Positions 1-14,800 of a stretch of 64,000 nt of DNA are shown piece by piece. Position numbers and translations under genes: made by a program. Each line of letters begins with the position of its first letter. The stretch's first letter is position 1. The notes under the pieces are model-generated. The model had not been told where the DNA came from. It did not search any database and worked only from the letters and a program-made list of their open reading frames with translations. The stretch is from NCBI GenBank assembly GCA_028826165.1, contig JAPDFW010000130.1:62001-126000 (forward strand). Direction: 5' to 3'. Source of the DNA: Anaeramoeba ignava BMAN. Its lineage: Eukaryota; Protista; Anaeramoebae.

Positions 1-3000
1 ATATTTTGTCTTCATCTTTGATATAAACCATTCTTCCTGGTTGGAGAAATGGCACAATATTTTCTGGTTTCAAAATATATTCCTTCATTTTTGATTCAAG
101 TTCTTTGATTTCATTGTGTGCAATATAATAATCTCTAATATGATTTTCGTTATTAATTTTAATAGAATCTTTTTGGTTTTGAAGATCTTGCAATTCTTTT
201 AAAATATTTTTGAATTTTATTTTTAATATTTTGAAATGTTATTTTTAAAATATTTTGAATTTTACTTAATTGATAATTTGGGATTTTTTTGTTTTTTAAA
301 AAATGATGAAAAGAATTCATAGCAAGAAATTCAATATCAAAATCTTCTTTTCTTAATAAATTTAAATATGAATTATAAGTGATTCTAAAAGAAGATTTAA
401 GTGAATTGGCATTTCCTTGAAATAAAACAGAAGCTTCTTGAATTGAAAGTTCTTGGTTGAGAATAATCATTGAAATTCCTCTTTCATCTTTTCCTCTACG
501 ACCTGCTCTTCCTGACATTTGGATATATTCTCCACTTGAAAGTATTCTATATTTTTTTCCATCAAATTTTTTAATTGAATTAAATATAACTGTTTTTGTT
601 GGCATATCAAGTCCGATTGCAAAAGTTTCTGTTGCAAATAAAATCTGAATTTTGGTTTTGATTTTGATTTTGATTTAATTTTGATTTGATTTTGATTTGA
701 TTTTGATTTAATTTTGATTTAAATTTTGATTTGATTTTGATTTTGATTTTGATTTAATTTTGATTTAAATTCGATTTTGATTTAAATTTGATTTGATTTT
801 AATTTTGATTTGAAATTGATTTGATTTTGATTTAATTTTGATTTAATTTTGATTTGATTTTGATTTGATTTTGATTTGAAATTGATTTGATTTTGATTTA
901 ATTTTGATTTGATTTTGATTTGATTTTGATTTGATTTTGATTTAATTTTGATTTAAATTTGATTTGATTTTGATTTAAATTTGATTTAAATTTGATTTAA
1001 TTTGAAACCTTAATATATCCTTCTTGAAATAAAATTTCTGTAACTTCTCTAATAATTGGTAATAAACCTGAATGATGAATTCCAATTCCACGAAGTAAAA
1101 GTGGAAAAATTCCTTCAATCTAAAAAAAAATATCCTTTTTATATTAATTGTTTTTGCTTTCTTCTTTCTTTTGGATAATGATCTTGAAATAATTTAATTA
1201 AATAAAAATAATCAAATCCAAAAATAATATTTTGTTTTTTACTGATTTAAGTTCTTTATCTTCTTTTGGTAATGAATCTATTGCATTTGAAAATATAACT
1301 GATATTAATTTTTTCTCTTCTTCTGTTGTACAATCAATCTTTTGTTTTTGTTTTTATTTTTATTTTTATTTTTAAACAAAAATCATCAAATTTATATTTT
1401 TTTTTGTTGAATTTATAAAATTCACCATTCCTATTGAAATTGCATTTGTTTCACAATCTTTTCTACTAAAATTAAATACAATTGCTGGAATTAATTTCCT
1501 TTTAAGAATAACAGTAATTATTTTATGAATAAATGATTTAGATTCCTTTGAATTTTTGTTTTCATTTCCTGAAAATTGAAAAGATTATAAAATAAATTTT
1601 CCAAAAAAAAAATAATAGAATTAATAATCTACCATTTTCTGAAATATTTGAAAAACATTTCATTGCATTTATAAAATTTTCTTCCTAATATTTTTTGTGT
1701 GTTTCAATTTAAAATGAAGAACTTGAAATAAATTTGTTTAAAATATTATACAAGAAATTCTCCATTCTCTTCTTTAACAAGAAAAATTCCATTTGCTCCA
1801 ATTGGAAAAACATAATGTTGAAGAGGAACTGGTCTATTTTCTGAATAAATAATATGACAAGGTTCAAAACGAATATTACAAATCCAATGAGCAAATTCTT
1901 CAGCATTTGATATTGTTGCTGAAAGAATAATAAATTTGATTTTTTTAGGTAATAAAATCATTGTTTCTTCCCATACAACTCCTCTTTCTATATTAAATAT
2001 AAATATAAATATCAACATAAATATTTGATTTAATTTGATTTAATTTTTTTCAACCTTTATCTTCAATATATTGAATTTCATCAAAAATCACATATTGAAT
2101 TTGATTTAATTTTTCAGAACCACGAAATATCATATTTCGAAGAATCTATTTGAAATAAATTTGGAAATAAATTTAAAATAGATTTGAAATAAATTTGGAA
2201 ATAAATTTAAAATAGATTTGAAATAAATTTGGAAATAAATTTAAAATAGATTTGAAATGAATTTGGAAATAAATTTAAAATAGATTTGAAATGAATTTGG
2301 AAATAAATTTAAAATAAATTTGGAAATAAATTTAAAATAAATTTGGAAATAAATTTGGAAATAAATTTGGAAATAAATTTGGGAATAAATTTAGAAATAA
2401 ATTTGGAAATAGATATGAAATAAATTTGGAAATAAATTGAAATAAATTTGGAAATAAATTTGGAAATAAATTTGGAAATAAATTTGGAAATAAATTTGGA
2501 AATAAATATAAAATAAATTTGGAAATAAATTTAAAATAAATTTGGAAATAAATTTGAAATAAATTTAAAATAAATTTGGAAATAAATTTGGGAATAAATT
2601 TAGAAATAAATTTTGGAATAGATTTGAAATGAATTTGGAAATAAATTTGGAAATAAATTTGAAATAAATTTGGAAATAAATTTGGAAATAAATTTGAAAT
2701 AAATTTAAAATAAATTTGGAAATAAATTTGAAATAAATTTGGAAATAAATTTGGAAATAAATTTGAAATAAATTTGGAATAAATTTAAAATAAATTTAAA
2801 ATAAATTTGGAAATAAATTTGGAAATAAATTTGAAATAAATTTGAAATAAATATGAAATAAATATAAAATAAATTTGGGAATAAATTTGGAAATAAATTT
2901 GGAAATAAATTTGAAATAAATTTAAAATAAATTTGGAATAAATTGAAATAAATTTGGAAATAAATATAAAATAAATTTGGAATAAATTTAAAATAAATTT

Positions 3001-5597
3001 AAAATAAATTTGGAAATAAATTTGGAATAAATTGAAATAAATTTGGAAATAAATATAAAATAAATTTAAAATAAATTTGAAATAAATTTGGAAATAAATT
3101 TGGAAATAAATTTGGGAATAAATTTAGAAATAAATTTGGAAATAGATATGAAATAAATTTGGAAATAAATTTGGAATAAATTTGAAATAAATTTGGAATA
3201 AATTTAAAATAAATTTAAAATAAATTTGAAAATAAATTTGAAAATAAATTTGAAATAAATTTGGAATAAATTTGGAAATAAATTTAAAATAAATTTGGAA
3301 ATAAATTTGGAAATAAATTTGGAATAAAATTGAAATAAATTTGGAAATAAATTTGGAAATAAATTTGGAAATAAATATAAAATAAATTTGAAATAAATTT
3401 GGAAATAAATTTAAAATAAATTTGAAATAAATTTGGAAATAAATTTGGAATAAATTTTGAAATAAATTTGAAATAAATTTGGAATAAATTTGGAAATAAA
3501 TTTGGAAATAAATTTGGAAATAAATTTGGAAATAAATTTGGAAATAAATTTGGAAATAAATTTGGAAATAAATTTGGAATAAATTTGGAAATAAATATAA
3601 AATAAATTTGGAATAAATTTGGAAATAAATTTGGAAATAAATTTGGAAATAAATTTGGAAATAAATTTGGAAATAAATTTGAAATAAATTTGGAAATAAA
3701 TTTGGAATAAATTTGAAAATAAATATAAAATAAATTTGAAATAAATTTGAAAATAAATTTGAAATAAATTTGGAAATAAATTTGGAAATAAATTTGGAAA
3801 TAAATTTGGAAATAAATTTGGAAATAAGTTTGGAAATAAATTTGGAAATAAATTTGAAATAAATGTAAACCTCTGTTGTCATAACAATACAAGAAGCATT
3901 TGGATTTGTTGAAGTATCTCCTGTAATTATTCCAACATCATTAAATTGTTGGTTAAGTTGTCTATATTTTTGATTGCTTAAAGCCTTTGAAAAAAAAAAT
4001 AATCAAAAAAAAAAAAGTGGAACAAAATGTAAAATAAAATATTTTTTTTTAAAATTAAAATAGAAATTACTTTATTTGGTGAAGTATAAATAACACCAGA
4101 ATTTTCTTTAAGAGATTGAGCAATTGCATATCTAAAAATAAATATAAATTAAAATTATTTCAAAAAATTAATATTTTGATTATTTAATTAATAAGTTTTT
4201 TTTAATGTACTCAGCTAAAACAGTTTTTCCTGCAGAAGTATGTGCAGAAACTATAACTGTTTCTTTTCTATGAATACATCCTATTGCTTTCTTTTGAAAA
4301 ATATCTAATTTAAATTCAAAATCCATTGATGGATTGTCTGGAAATTTTGGATTTAAAATTTCTTTTGTTTTTTTAAAAGAAAATAATTATTTTTTAATTT
4401 AATTTTTAATTTGTTATTTATGTTTTAAAACCATTTGTTTGTAAATTTTGTGAATAATTTTCTGGGAAAATAACTTTATGATTTTGATTTATATTTTGAT
4501 TTTGATTTTGATTTTGATTTTGATTTTGATTTTTATTTTTATTTTGATTTATATTTTGATTTTCATTTTCATTTTTATTTTCATTTATATTTTGATTTAG
4601 ATTTTCATTTTGATTTTCATTTTCATTTTCATTTTCATTTTGGTTTATATTTTGATTTAGATTTTCATTTTCATTTTCATTTTCATTTTGATTTTCATTT
4701 ATATTTTGATTTAGATTTTCATTTTCATTTATATTTTGATTTTCATTTTGATTTTCATTTTCATTTTCATTTTGATTTTGATTTTCATTTTCATTTTCAT
4801 TTTCATTTTGATTTTCATTTTCATTTTCATTTTCATTTTGATTTTCATTTTGATTTTCATTTTCATTTTCATTTTCATTTTCATTTTCATTTTCATTTTG
4901 ATTTTCATTTATATTTTGATTTATATTTTCATTTTCATTTTCATTTTCATTTTCATTTTCATTTTCATTTTGATTTTGATTTTCATTTTCATTTTGATTT
5001 TGATTTTGATTTTGATTTTCATTTTGATTTTGATTTATATTTTCATTTTGATTTTCATTTTCATTTTCATTTTGATTTTCATTTTTGATTTTGATTTATA
5101 TTTTCATTTTGATTTTGACTTTGATTTTCATTTTCATTTTCATTTTCATTTTGATTTTCATTTTCATTTTGATTTTGATTTTGATTTTGATTTTCATTTT
5201 CATTTTCATTTTCATTTTCATTTTCATTTTCATTTTCATTTTCATTTTGATTTTCGTTTTGATTTTCGTTTTGATTTTCATTTTCATTTTGATTTTCATT
5301 TTCATTTTGATTTTTATTTTTATTTTGATTTTGATTTATATTTTGATTTATATTTTGATTTAGATTTTGATTTTGATTTATATTTTCATTTATATTTTGA
5401 TTTTCATTTTGATTTTCATTTTGATTTATATTTTCATTTTGATTTTCATTTTCATTTTCATTTTCATTTTCATTTTCATTTTGATTTATATTTTGATTTT
5501 CATTTTCATTTTCATTTTGATTTTCGTTTTGATTTTCGTTTTCATTTTGATTTATATTTTCATTTACATTTTGATTTTGATTTTGATTTGAAAGCAT
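1..5597 (-). CDS. MTR4: Ski2-like RNA helicase of Mtr4 type, multi-exon, 3' end beyond the window
   Basis: Hand-spliced exons: 5597-4432, 4361-4211, 4131-4071, 3984-3871, 2145-2055, 1987-1752, 1684-1633, 1568-1426, 1338-1243, 1119-1009, 644-266, 195-<1, all with GT..AG introns. Motifs: AHTSAGKT (I), YTSPNKALSNQ (Ia), VMTTEILRNM, DEIQY (II), [16 protein letters not shown] (III), [34 protein letters not shown] (VI), PFLQPGR (arch/KOW entry). Exon 1 is a long NE/NQ tract with one extra T near 5082-5086, so the start codon is tentative. Confidence 0.9.
645..1008. repeat. Intronic (GATTT/GATTTT)n microsatellite in an Mtr4 intron
   Basis: Degenerate 5-6 bp repeat filling the intron between the GT at 1008 and the AG at 645 (minus strand). 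Confidence 0.85.
2146..3870. repeat. 1.7-kb Mtr4 intron filled by an ~11-12 bp tandem repeat (GGAAATAAATTT)
   Basis: Splicing MTTE|ILRNM restores the helicase motif. The sequence between the splice sites is tandem GGAAATAAATTT variants. Confidence 0.92.
4480..5590 (-). repeat. Coding hexamer repeat (AATGAA/AATCAA)n giving an Asn-Glu/Asn-Gln N-terminal tract of Mtr4
   Basis: The minus-strand frame reads NENQNENE... and continues into [17 protein letters not shown]. Confidence 0.7.
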
Positions 5598-5727
5598 TTT
5601 ATTAATGATAAAAAATGAAAGGAAAAAAATGAAAAATTAATTTTTGGAAAATTTTTGATTTTCATTTTTTTACTTTTATTCTTTATTTTTTATTTTTTAT
5701 TTTTTATTTTTATTTGATTAGTTAAAA
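5598..5727. promoter_or_regulatory. Putative compact bidirectional promoter (130 bp) between Mtr4 and BEACH1
   Basis: Divergent ATGs at 5597 (-) and 5728 (+). Promoter function is inferred from the geometry only. Confidence 0.45.
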
Positions 5728-8700
5728 ATGAAAGAAAACTCAAATAACGAAGATAAATTAATAAATTTTTTTTTACATTTTCCAAATGGAGAAAAAGTTA
5801 AAAATCAATGGTTTCTTCTTAAATCTTCTGAAAATTTAAATGTAATTTAAAATTCTTTATTTTATTTGCTTTTTTTGTTTTTTGTTTGTTTATTTATTTA
5901 ATTTTTATTTAAATCAAAGTTCAATGAGAAATTTGTTAATTTTTGTTTAGAATTTATTAAATCACTTGAAAAATGGGATCTTTATGAAGCAAAAAATTTA
6001 TCAAAAACTCCAAATTCATTTGAAAAAGATTTTGAATTAGAAGAAATTAATTCAGCAATATCACAATTTCAAGCTGTTCCAATTAATTTTATTAATTATA
6101 TTATAAATAAACTTATGGAAACAAAAAAAACGATTGAAGGTTATTTTATTTACAAAAAAAAAAAACAAATCAAAACATAAAAAATTCATTTTAAAAAATT
6201 CATTTTAAAAATAAAATAGAAATTTTAAATCAAAAATCAGAAACAGAAATCCAAAAAAAATCTAATTATCAACTTCAACCTTTAATTTCTTTATCTGTTT
6301 TATTAAAACTTTCTCAATCAAAATATAACAGACAAATTTTATTCCAAAATCATATTTTTAAAATTTTTTATGAATTTTTAAAATTCACAAACAAAATGTT
6401 AAAATTAATAAGAAATTTTCAAGTAATAATTTCCTTTTAACTCAAAAAATTTCAAACTAGAAAAGGATAATAATAATTTTTTTTTGTTGAAATAATAAGG
6501 ATGTAAATGAAAATTATTCAATTTATTTATTATTAAAAGAACAATTCATCTTTTCTCAAATTATGCAAATTATTGATCAATTTTTAAGAATAAGAAATGT
6601 TTCTCCAAATCGAGAAATTTTAAAATCATTAAAAAATTCAGGATTAGCTTCTTTATTAACTAGTAATTTATATTTATTCATATTTATTCATATTTATTCA
6701 TATTTATTTATTAGGATGTTTTCGCAAAAAAAATGAATTTAGAAAATTATTTATTTTTACAAAAAATCAATATACTTTTCAAACAGAACTTTTACAAAAT
6801 ATTAAAGGTGTTTATAATTTTGGATTAATAACAGAAAAAGAGAAAATGGAAGTAATTTTACTTCTTCTTAATGATTTTCATGCACCAAAAATCAATCTTC
6901 CAATTCTTGGAATTTTCAGTGAAGAAGAGACAAAAACTGAAAAGAAAAAATATCATTTCGATCAACTTGAGGATTTTTTCAACACAAACTTTTTTATATT
7001 TGATAAAACAATTACTCGAGAAGACAACACTTTCTTATTAAATAATGAGAAACTTCCAATACAGAATATAAGATATTATGAATGGGAATTCCGTTCACAA
7101 TCTTTTGAATTTCTATATTCGGTTATCCAAAAGGAAAATATTTATGAGGAGTTTATAAACAACATCAATATCTCGTTCATTTCAGATTTACTTTTTTGGA
7201 TTTGTGATTCTTTTCAGCAAACAATGGAAAATCAGAAAGAGCAAGAGCAAGATTCAACTCCTAAAAAAATCAACGAGATTAAATTATATAATCCTTTTTT
7301 TGATACACTTTTCAAGAATCTCAGAGAATTTCAAAAATTACAACCGCAAAATATAGCAGATTCATCAAAAAATAAGATCAAGCAAGAAATGCAAAAATAT
7401 TTAGATGAAAAAAAACATGCTAATCATTTCCAGGAAAAATTGGTTTTAATTTATCTTAGTTTGTTTCAAAACCCTGAAGCAGTATCAATGCCTCATGATT
7501 TTACTAATGAAAAAATTGTTGAAATCCAAAATTATATGAGGAATGTTTATCCTGAGCTGCAATTATATATCTTGTTTGAATTGAGAAGAATACTTATGAA
7601 TAAGCAAATTCTTGATTATTTTCGATTAAATAATGGATGGGAAATTTGCTTTTCTGATTATTTTATAAGAACTAAAAGCAATACAAAAATTGTAATCATT
7701 TACAAAAAAGAAAAATATAAATAACAATTCAAAACAAAATAAAACAAACACAAAATGATATAATTCAAATTTAGATTCAACAAACTGAAATGAACCAAAA
7801 TTTGCATACATTATTGATTAATCTGCTATCAGACGCAATAATGCATTATCAAGATGGTTTAGATTACAATTTCTTATTTGTAAAAGTTTTTGGGAATGAA
7901 TTAATAGTCTCTAATTTATTTTTATTGAATCGGTTTTTTGGGATGGTTATTGAAATTATCAACAATAATTCGGAGAATTCTATCGTTAATGTGATTCGGA
8001 ATCATGGGATTGTGACTATTAAAAACATCATGTTTAAATTAACGAAAGAATATGAAGAAAACCAAATAACGAAAAAATCAGTTGATTTATGCTTAGAAAT
8101 TCTTGAATTGCTAATATCAAATGCACAAATTGAATTAATTCAACTTTATCCAGAGATTATCCAATTATTGTATGAATCATTTGAAAACAAATTTACTCAA
8201 AAACTCGCTTTTACATATATCCCAAATATACTTGAAAGAACAAACAAAGCTGGCGACAAAGAAAGGGATTTTATTTCTTATTTGATTCACAAAATTGTGC
8301 TGTTATTAGAAAAATTCAGTTCAAACAAACAACAAAATTTGAAAGGGATTAGATTTGCTGATGTTGAAAAATTTTGTGATAAGTGCTCGCAATCAATTTC
8401 TCGAAATTCCAAAATTATCCAAAAAATAATCTTTGAATCAAATTCAATCAATATTTTTATTGAAATGCTGAAAAAACTTAAAATGAAAAAAATATATCCT
8501 GCTTTGATGCTTTTAAAAGAATTTATGAAAAATAATGATGAAATCATCTCACAACTTCAAAAAGAGATTTCTGTATCAGATTTTGTAGTAATTCTTTATA
8601 AATATGAAAAAAAGAAGCCAACGAGAATACTTTTTAGCATTCTATTAGATTTGATGGTTAATAATGGATATTTTTCAATTGGAAATAATTTTATTATCAG

Positions 8701-8829
8701 GAATACATACATGATAAATGTTATTTTGGATCTTTATTCTCAAAATATTTCTCAATTAGATGATAATAATAATAATAATGATAATAATGATAATAATGAT
8801 AATAATGATAATAAATAATAATAATAATG

Positions 8830-8861
<32 letters not shown>

Positions 8862-11800
8862 TAATGATGATAATGATAATAATGATAATAATGATGATAA
8901 TAATAATAATAATGATAATAATAATAATGAAGAGTGTTCCTTTATTGAAGTTTTCGATATTTTTTATCAAATTTGCCAAAAATCAATCCATAATATTTCT
9001 TGTTGTTGTGAAAACGGAGTAATTTCTTTATTACTTGACAAAATGCCGAAAATTAACAATATAAGGCTATTAGCAAAAATCATCTCATTGATTGGCCAAC
9101 TTGGATCACATAAAATTCTTGTTTCTGAAATGAAACAATATTTCTCATTACTAAAAGAGCAGTTACACAAGAAAAAAACTCGACAAGTTTCAGAGTTGAT
9201 GATTATTGAATTGAGAAAAATGATTCACAAAAAAAATCAAGGACCAAGAAGTTTTTTTGATATGTATGAGCACAACTCTCATATTCAACTTCCATATTTA
9301 AACAATTCTTTAGTTTCTCAAAAATTTAGTTTTTGCACTTGGTTTAGAATTGAGGATTGTGAACGAAATTTTTCTTCATTAGAGGAAATTCAAAAAGATT
9401 GGGAACCAAGAATATTTAGCTTTTTAACAGATGATTTTAAAGGATTTGAACTATTTTTAAAAATTGATAAAGAAACAAAAAAAATAAAATCAATTGTTTA
9501 TCAGGTTTATGCTGATCAAGAAGAGAAAGAGAAAGAGAAAATTCGAGTTAAATTTCCTGTTGAAATTACAAATAGAAAATGGCATTTTTTGGTTTTCACT
9601 CAAAAATATCAATGGGCAAATTCAGTAATTGAACCATTAGTTTATATTGATGGAAAAATAAGCTCATTAACACAAATCAAAATACCAAAAAAAGTTGGAG
9701 ATGATCATCATTTTACGAAAAATAGAATAGGATCAAATTACCCTTTTTTTAGTGAAAACAATGAATCTTTGCAAGAAAAAAAAGGTTTTGAAAATTCATT
9801 TTATGGACAGATGGGGACAATATATCTTTTCCAAGAAGTGCTTAGTGAAAACCAAGTGAAAGCAATGTATTCTCTTGGACCCGATTATAAGTCATTTTTT
9901 TATCCGAATGAAATGCTTAAATATTATAATTCATTGATAGAAAAAGAATTAGAAGAACTTTTTAATTGGAATCTTACTCAAAAAGTGATAATTTGTCATA
10001 ACTCAAAAACAATAGAAGGAAATTTGTGTATAAATCAAAGCCCAAATAATATAATCAAAGAACATTCAGAAATCAAGAGAATATATGCATTTACTGAATC
10101 TGATTCTCGAGAGATTATTCATTGTTTAGGAGGAATTCAATCATTTTTTTTCTTAATTCTTGAAATTGATGATTTATTTGAAGAAGAAAAAGAAGATTTA
10201 AATTTAGAAAAAAATACAAATACAAATACAAATACAAATATAAATGAAAATATAAATCAAAATGAAAATATAAATCAAAATACAAATGAAAATACAAATG
10301 AAAATGAAAATGAAAATAAATTTGAATTTGAATTTGAATTTGAAAGTGAAAATCAATATCAAAATGAAAATCAATATAAAAATCAAAATCAAAATCAAAA
10401 TCAAAATGAAAATCAATATCAAAATCAAAATCAAATTCAAATTCAAAATCAATATAAAATTCAAAATCAAAATCAAAATCAAAATCAAAATCAAAATCAA
10501 AATCAAAATCAAATTCGAAATCAAATTCAAAATCAAAATCAAAATCAAAATCAAAATTTAAATCAAAGTTTAAATTTAAATCAAATTATAAGCCAAATTG
10601 AAATTGAAAATCAAATTGAAGTTGAAAGTGATAATCAAAAAGAAATTGATTACACAAAAAATGAATTCCAAATAACTCAATCTCTTTTTGATGAAATATT
10701 AAAAATTTTTCATGACATTTTAGTAAATAATTTAGATTTCCAACAAGAAATGATACAAATACATGGATTCCCATTATTTGCAAATATACTTAAAAGAATT
10801 CATTCAAAATATTTTTCGATTCAAATTTATTATACAATTTTATTATTTCGGGAAAAAATACAAAATGACCAATTTCAAACAGAACTTAAAACATATTTGT
10901 TGTTTGATTATTCAATTTGGTGGAATTTAAGCTTTCAAATCCAAAAACGATTATTTCAAATTATCCAATTTTACTTTGAAAAAAACAAATTTATTGAGAA
11001 TAAAGAAGATGATTTGCCAGATACAATTACAGAACTTATCAAAGAATTAGAGGAATTGAGTTTGAGCACAAAAATTAATCAAGGAATGGATATATATGGT
11101 TATGAAGAGAATAGTATAACAAAAAATATCACCATTTTCGATCTGCTGATTATATTGAGATTTTACGATAATTTTTTCGAAAGATCAGTTGAAGATTCTC
11201 AACAAATTATTGAATTATCAAGAGTACTGTTTTTATATATAGATATTTTAATGAGTACGATGCAAACAAAAGCTCAAATAAGATGCATTGATTCATTGAT
11301 TGCCACATGTTTCATTTTCCAAAACCAATATTTTATTGAGGAAACACTTGATTTTATCAAAAATTTTCTATCAAGAGACACAGAAAATATTTGGAGGAAG
11401 TTATTTTCTGTTGGAATGTTTAATCCATTTATCAAATTGATAGAAAAAAAAAAGAATACCAAAATAATTAGGCTTTGTCTTGATATAATCCACTTGATTG
11501 ATCTTTCTCTTAATGAGAATGAAAAATTAATACAAAAATTAGAAATGAGGAAATATCCTATTCAAAATTTGAAAGGCATGTATCCTTGCATTCATAAAAC
11601 ATTGATTGATAATATCAGCATAATCACAAAAGAAATTGTTGATTCGCTTTTCCAAATGCTGATCTACGAAAACAAAGCAAGTCAAATCCCGATTTTGATG
11701 ATCCAAAATTTATTTCTATTAGAAACTGTTTGTGAGATATTTAATCGCTCACCTAATTTATCTGATAACAAAAACTTCCGGATTTTATTCATTTTAATCT

Positions 11801-14800
11801 CGGAAAATCGAGCGAATAAAAAAAAGGTTCTTGAACAAGAAGAATGGCAAAAATGGTTTGTTTCTTTGATCAATTTCAATTACCAAGCGGATTGTGAAGA
11901 TGACGATTTAATTCAATTGAAAACAGATGAACAAAATTTGAATCACTACAACTCATTGAGAGATATTTCGAATAGCGTCAATAAGGATATCGACAAAGTT
12001 CAAGGAGGAACCAATGAGATGATGTTCAAGTTTATCAATTTATTGCTTGTTTACTGTTTTCACAATGCATCATATAATTTTCCTTTGATATTTGAAAAAC
12101 TCATTTCATCGATTCGTCTTGTGCATTTTACAACCAAGGAATCAATCCCGAAAATGATTCGGATCATAATCAATGGGATTATTGTTGATATTAGTCAAAA
12201 TTCCAAGATCAACAACGAAACAAATTCCGTTTTCTCATCATCAGCACTAACTCAAATACAGAGAGAAAAATTCATGCAAAATTTGTTCTATTTACTTCAT
12301 GCACTAAATAGTCTTGTTTTTAGTGTTTTGTCTCGTGGATTTCAGCTTTCACCACCATCTGGAAATAAGAACCGGTTAATACAAACAAGAACATCAAAAC
12401 AATTTTCGACTTCCTTCAAAAAAATAGACAAAACTCCCAATCACAACACGCAACCCAATATTTCTTATATTATGAAAGTCGAATTTGATGCATCTGAAGC
12501 GCAAACTGTGAAAAACATGGTTATTCTATTGGAAAGTTTTGGTTTTTTTGAGCTACAAGGAATCACAGGCAAAATCAAGAAAGAAGAGAAGAGAACCATC
12601 TATAAAATCATTCTTTTCTTGATTCTTTTCACAGTTCCAAAAGCAAATATTGGTTTGAGCGAGTTTTTTCTTTCCAAATTAAAGCAACTGATCAACAACC
12701 CATTAAGTTCGAAAAAATCAAATATTCCCGATTCACAAGATTTTATAGTAATTGCAGTTACCATGCTGAATTATATGATCCAAAGCGACTCAGAAGAAGA
12801 AAAGGAAGAAAATCAAAAGAATATGAAAAGCACAAAAAGAAATGTAATACTGGGTCATTTTCAGTTTATAATGCAACAGAATTACAAGCTATTGCACGAT
12901 ATCCTTTCTTCTGGAAACAAGAACCAAACCTTATTTCCTCGAAATCCACAAGTATCATTTGTGTTTTCCAGCCAGAATGTCGATATTTTTGAACAGAATA
13001 TAATGGGCGACAATTGGAAAACTCAAACATTCCATTTCTTTTCTTCCGTCTTGCAAAAAATTGATGATGATATCAAAGAAAATGAAAAACAATTTATGGA
13101 GATTCAATCAAACAACATTTTCTTGATCAACCAAGAATTTAAACATAAAATTGCGGTTCAAACTTCGGAAGTTGTAGAGATATCAAGTAAAATTGAAATT
13201 CACATTCAAAATCTTGTTGAAAACGAGATGGAAAGAATAATTTATACAGAAAATGAACAGAGAAAAAGCGAAATGAACATGCAGTTTTTCGAGAGAATGA
13301 TTGAGAATTCTCTTTTGGGGAAATATCCATGGAGCACAAATGCGCTAAGTGTTTTGGATCAAACAGTGGAAAGAATGAATGTTTATCTCAAATTGTCTGA
13401 AACTGAAGATGAAATGAGAAGACAAAAGAAACTCAAGTTCTATTCACCAGATTCGCAAGATGAGAGACACGAAGAACAACCACCAGAAACTCATAGACCG
13501 CATTTAAGAGCATTAAAACAAAAACTCAAATTGAGACTTGCTGAGAAATTTGCAAACGTTCCGAAAAGTAGTTATGATTCATTGACATCAGACAAGAGCA
13601 TAAAACAAAAACTGAACAAAAAGCGACACAAAAACAGAACCATTTGCTTTTCCGCAAATTGTGAGATTGTTTCAAAAACACAAATATCAAAAGGAATATT
13701 CGAAGTTACTCAAAATTCAATTAGTTTTTTTGCCAGTTTCATTGAAGATGAAGATGAAGATGAATATGAAGATGAATATGAAGATGAATATGAATATGAA
13801 AATGAAGAGAAAACAATCGATTATTCATGGACTCCTGTCAATATTCGATCAATCCACAAGAGAATGTTTCTTGGCAATCATTCAGCACTGGAAATTCTAT
13901 TTGAAAACCGTAAATGCTTTTTTTTCAATTTTCCAACAATGAAAGAAAGAAATCAAGCTATTGAAGAAATTCAAAAAAGAATGCCTACAAATTTGAGGTA
14001 TTCGAAATATGATTATTCTGGAGATGATCCAACAAAATGGGTTGAAAAAAGTGAAATGATGAAGAAATGGAAACGAAGAAAAATATCAAATTTTGAGTAT
14101 CTTATGTATTTGAACACAATATCAGGAAGAACATATCAGGATCTTTCGCAATACCCGATTTTTCCATGGATTATTGCTGATTATGAGAGTTATAAACTGG
14201 ATTTCAAAAATCCAAAAACTTTCCGAGATTTATCAAAACCTGTTGGAATAACAAGTAATGATTTTAGCTTTTCAACACCAGATCTTGTTACATTCTATAT
14301 GCTTCGATTGGAACCGTTTACATCTATTGCTTTGGATGATAAAGACTCGATTGCAAAGCAGGAATTCGAGATTTTTAGTTCCATTCCCAAAACATGGAAA
14401 TCGATTGAAGAAGCGAAACAAGGATCGAATATTGGAGAGCTTATTCCAGAATTTTTCCATTTTGCTCATTTCTTACGTAAGCCGCGAGTTTTCAAAAAAA
14501 ATATAGAGCATCATCCGTTTTTGAAACAAATTCGAGATGTGGAACTTCCAAATTGGGCCAAAAGTCCTGAGGATTTTGTCCGCATAAATCAACAAGCACT
14601 TGAAACAGAATATGTTTCTGCGCATCTTCACGAATGGATTGACATGGTTTTTGGATATAAACAAGACAAGCGAGAAAAAAACCAAGAACATGAAAGAACA
14701 TTTAATTCAAACAAACAAAATTTTGAGAACATGAAACATCCAAGATCCAATAAAAAACACAACACAAAAAAGTCTTGTAAAGGACATTTTCCGTTGCAGA

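Noticed and set aside
3124-3892. ORFs of 252 and 202 aa (FQIY/ISKF/FPNL repeats)
   Set aside because: They are read-through into the repeat-filled Mtr4 intron. The true exon ends at MTTE (3871).
4736-5605. Poly-IF/IL/DF/MK ORFs here and at 10204-10561, 32652-32867, 34318-34929, 37296-38546 and 59714-60540
   Set aside because: These are alternative-frame or antisense translations of stop-free hexamer repeats.
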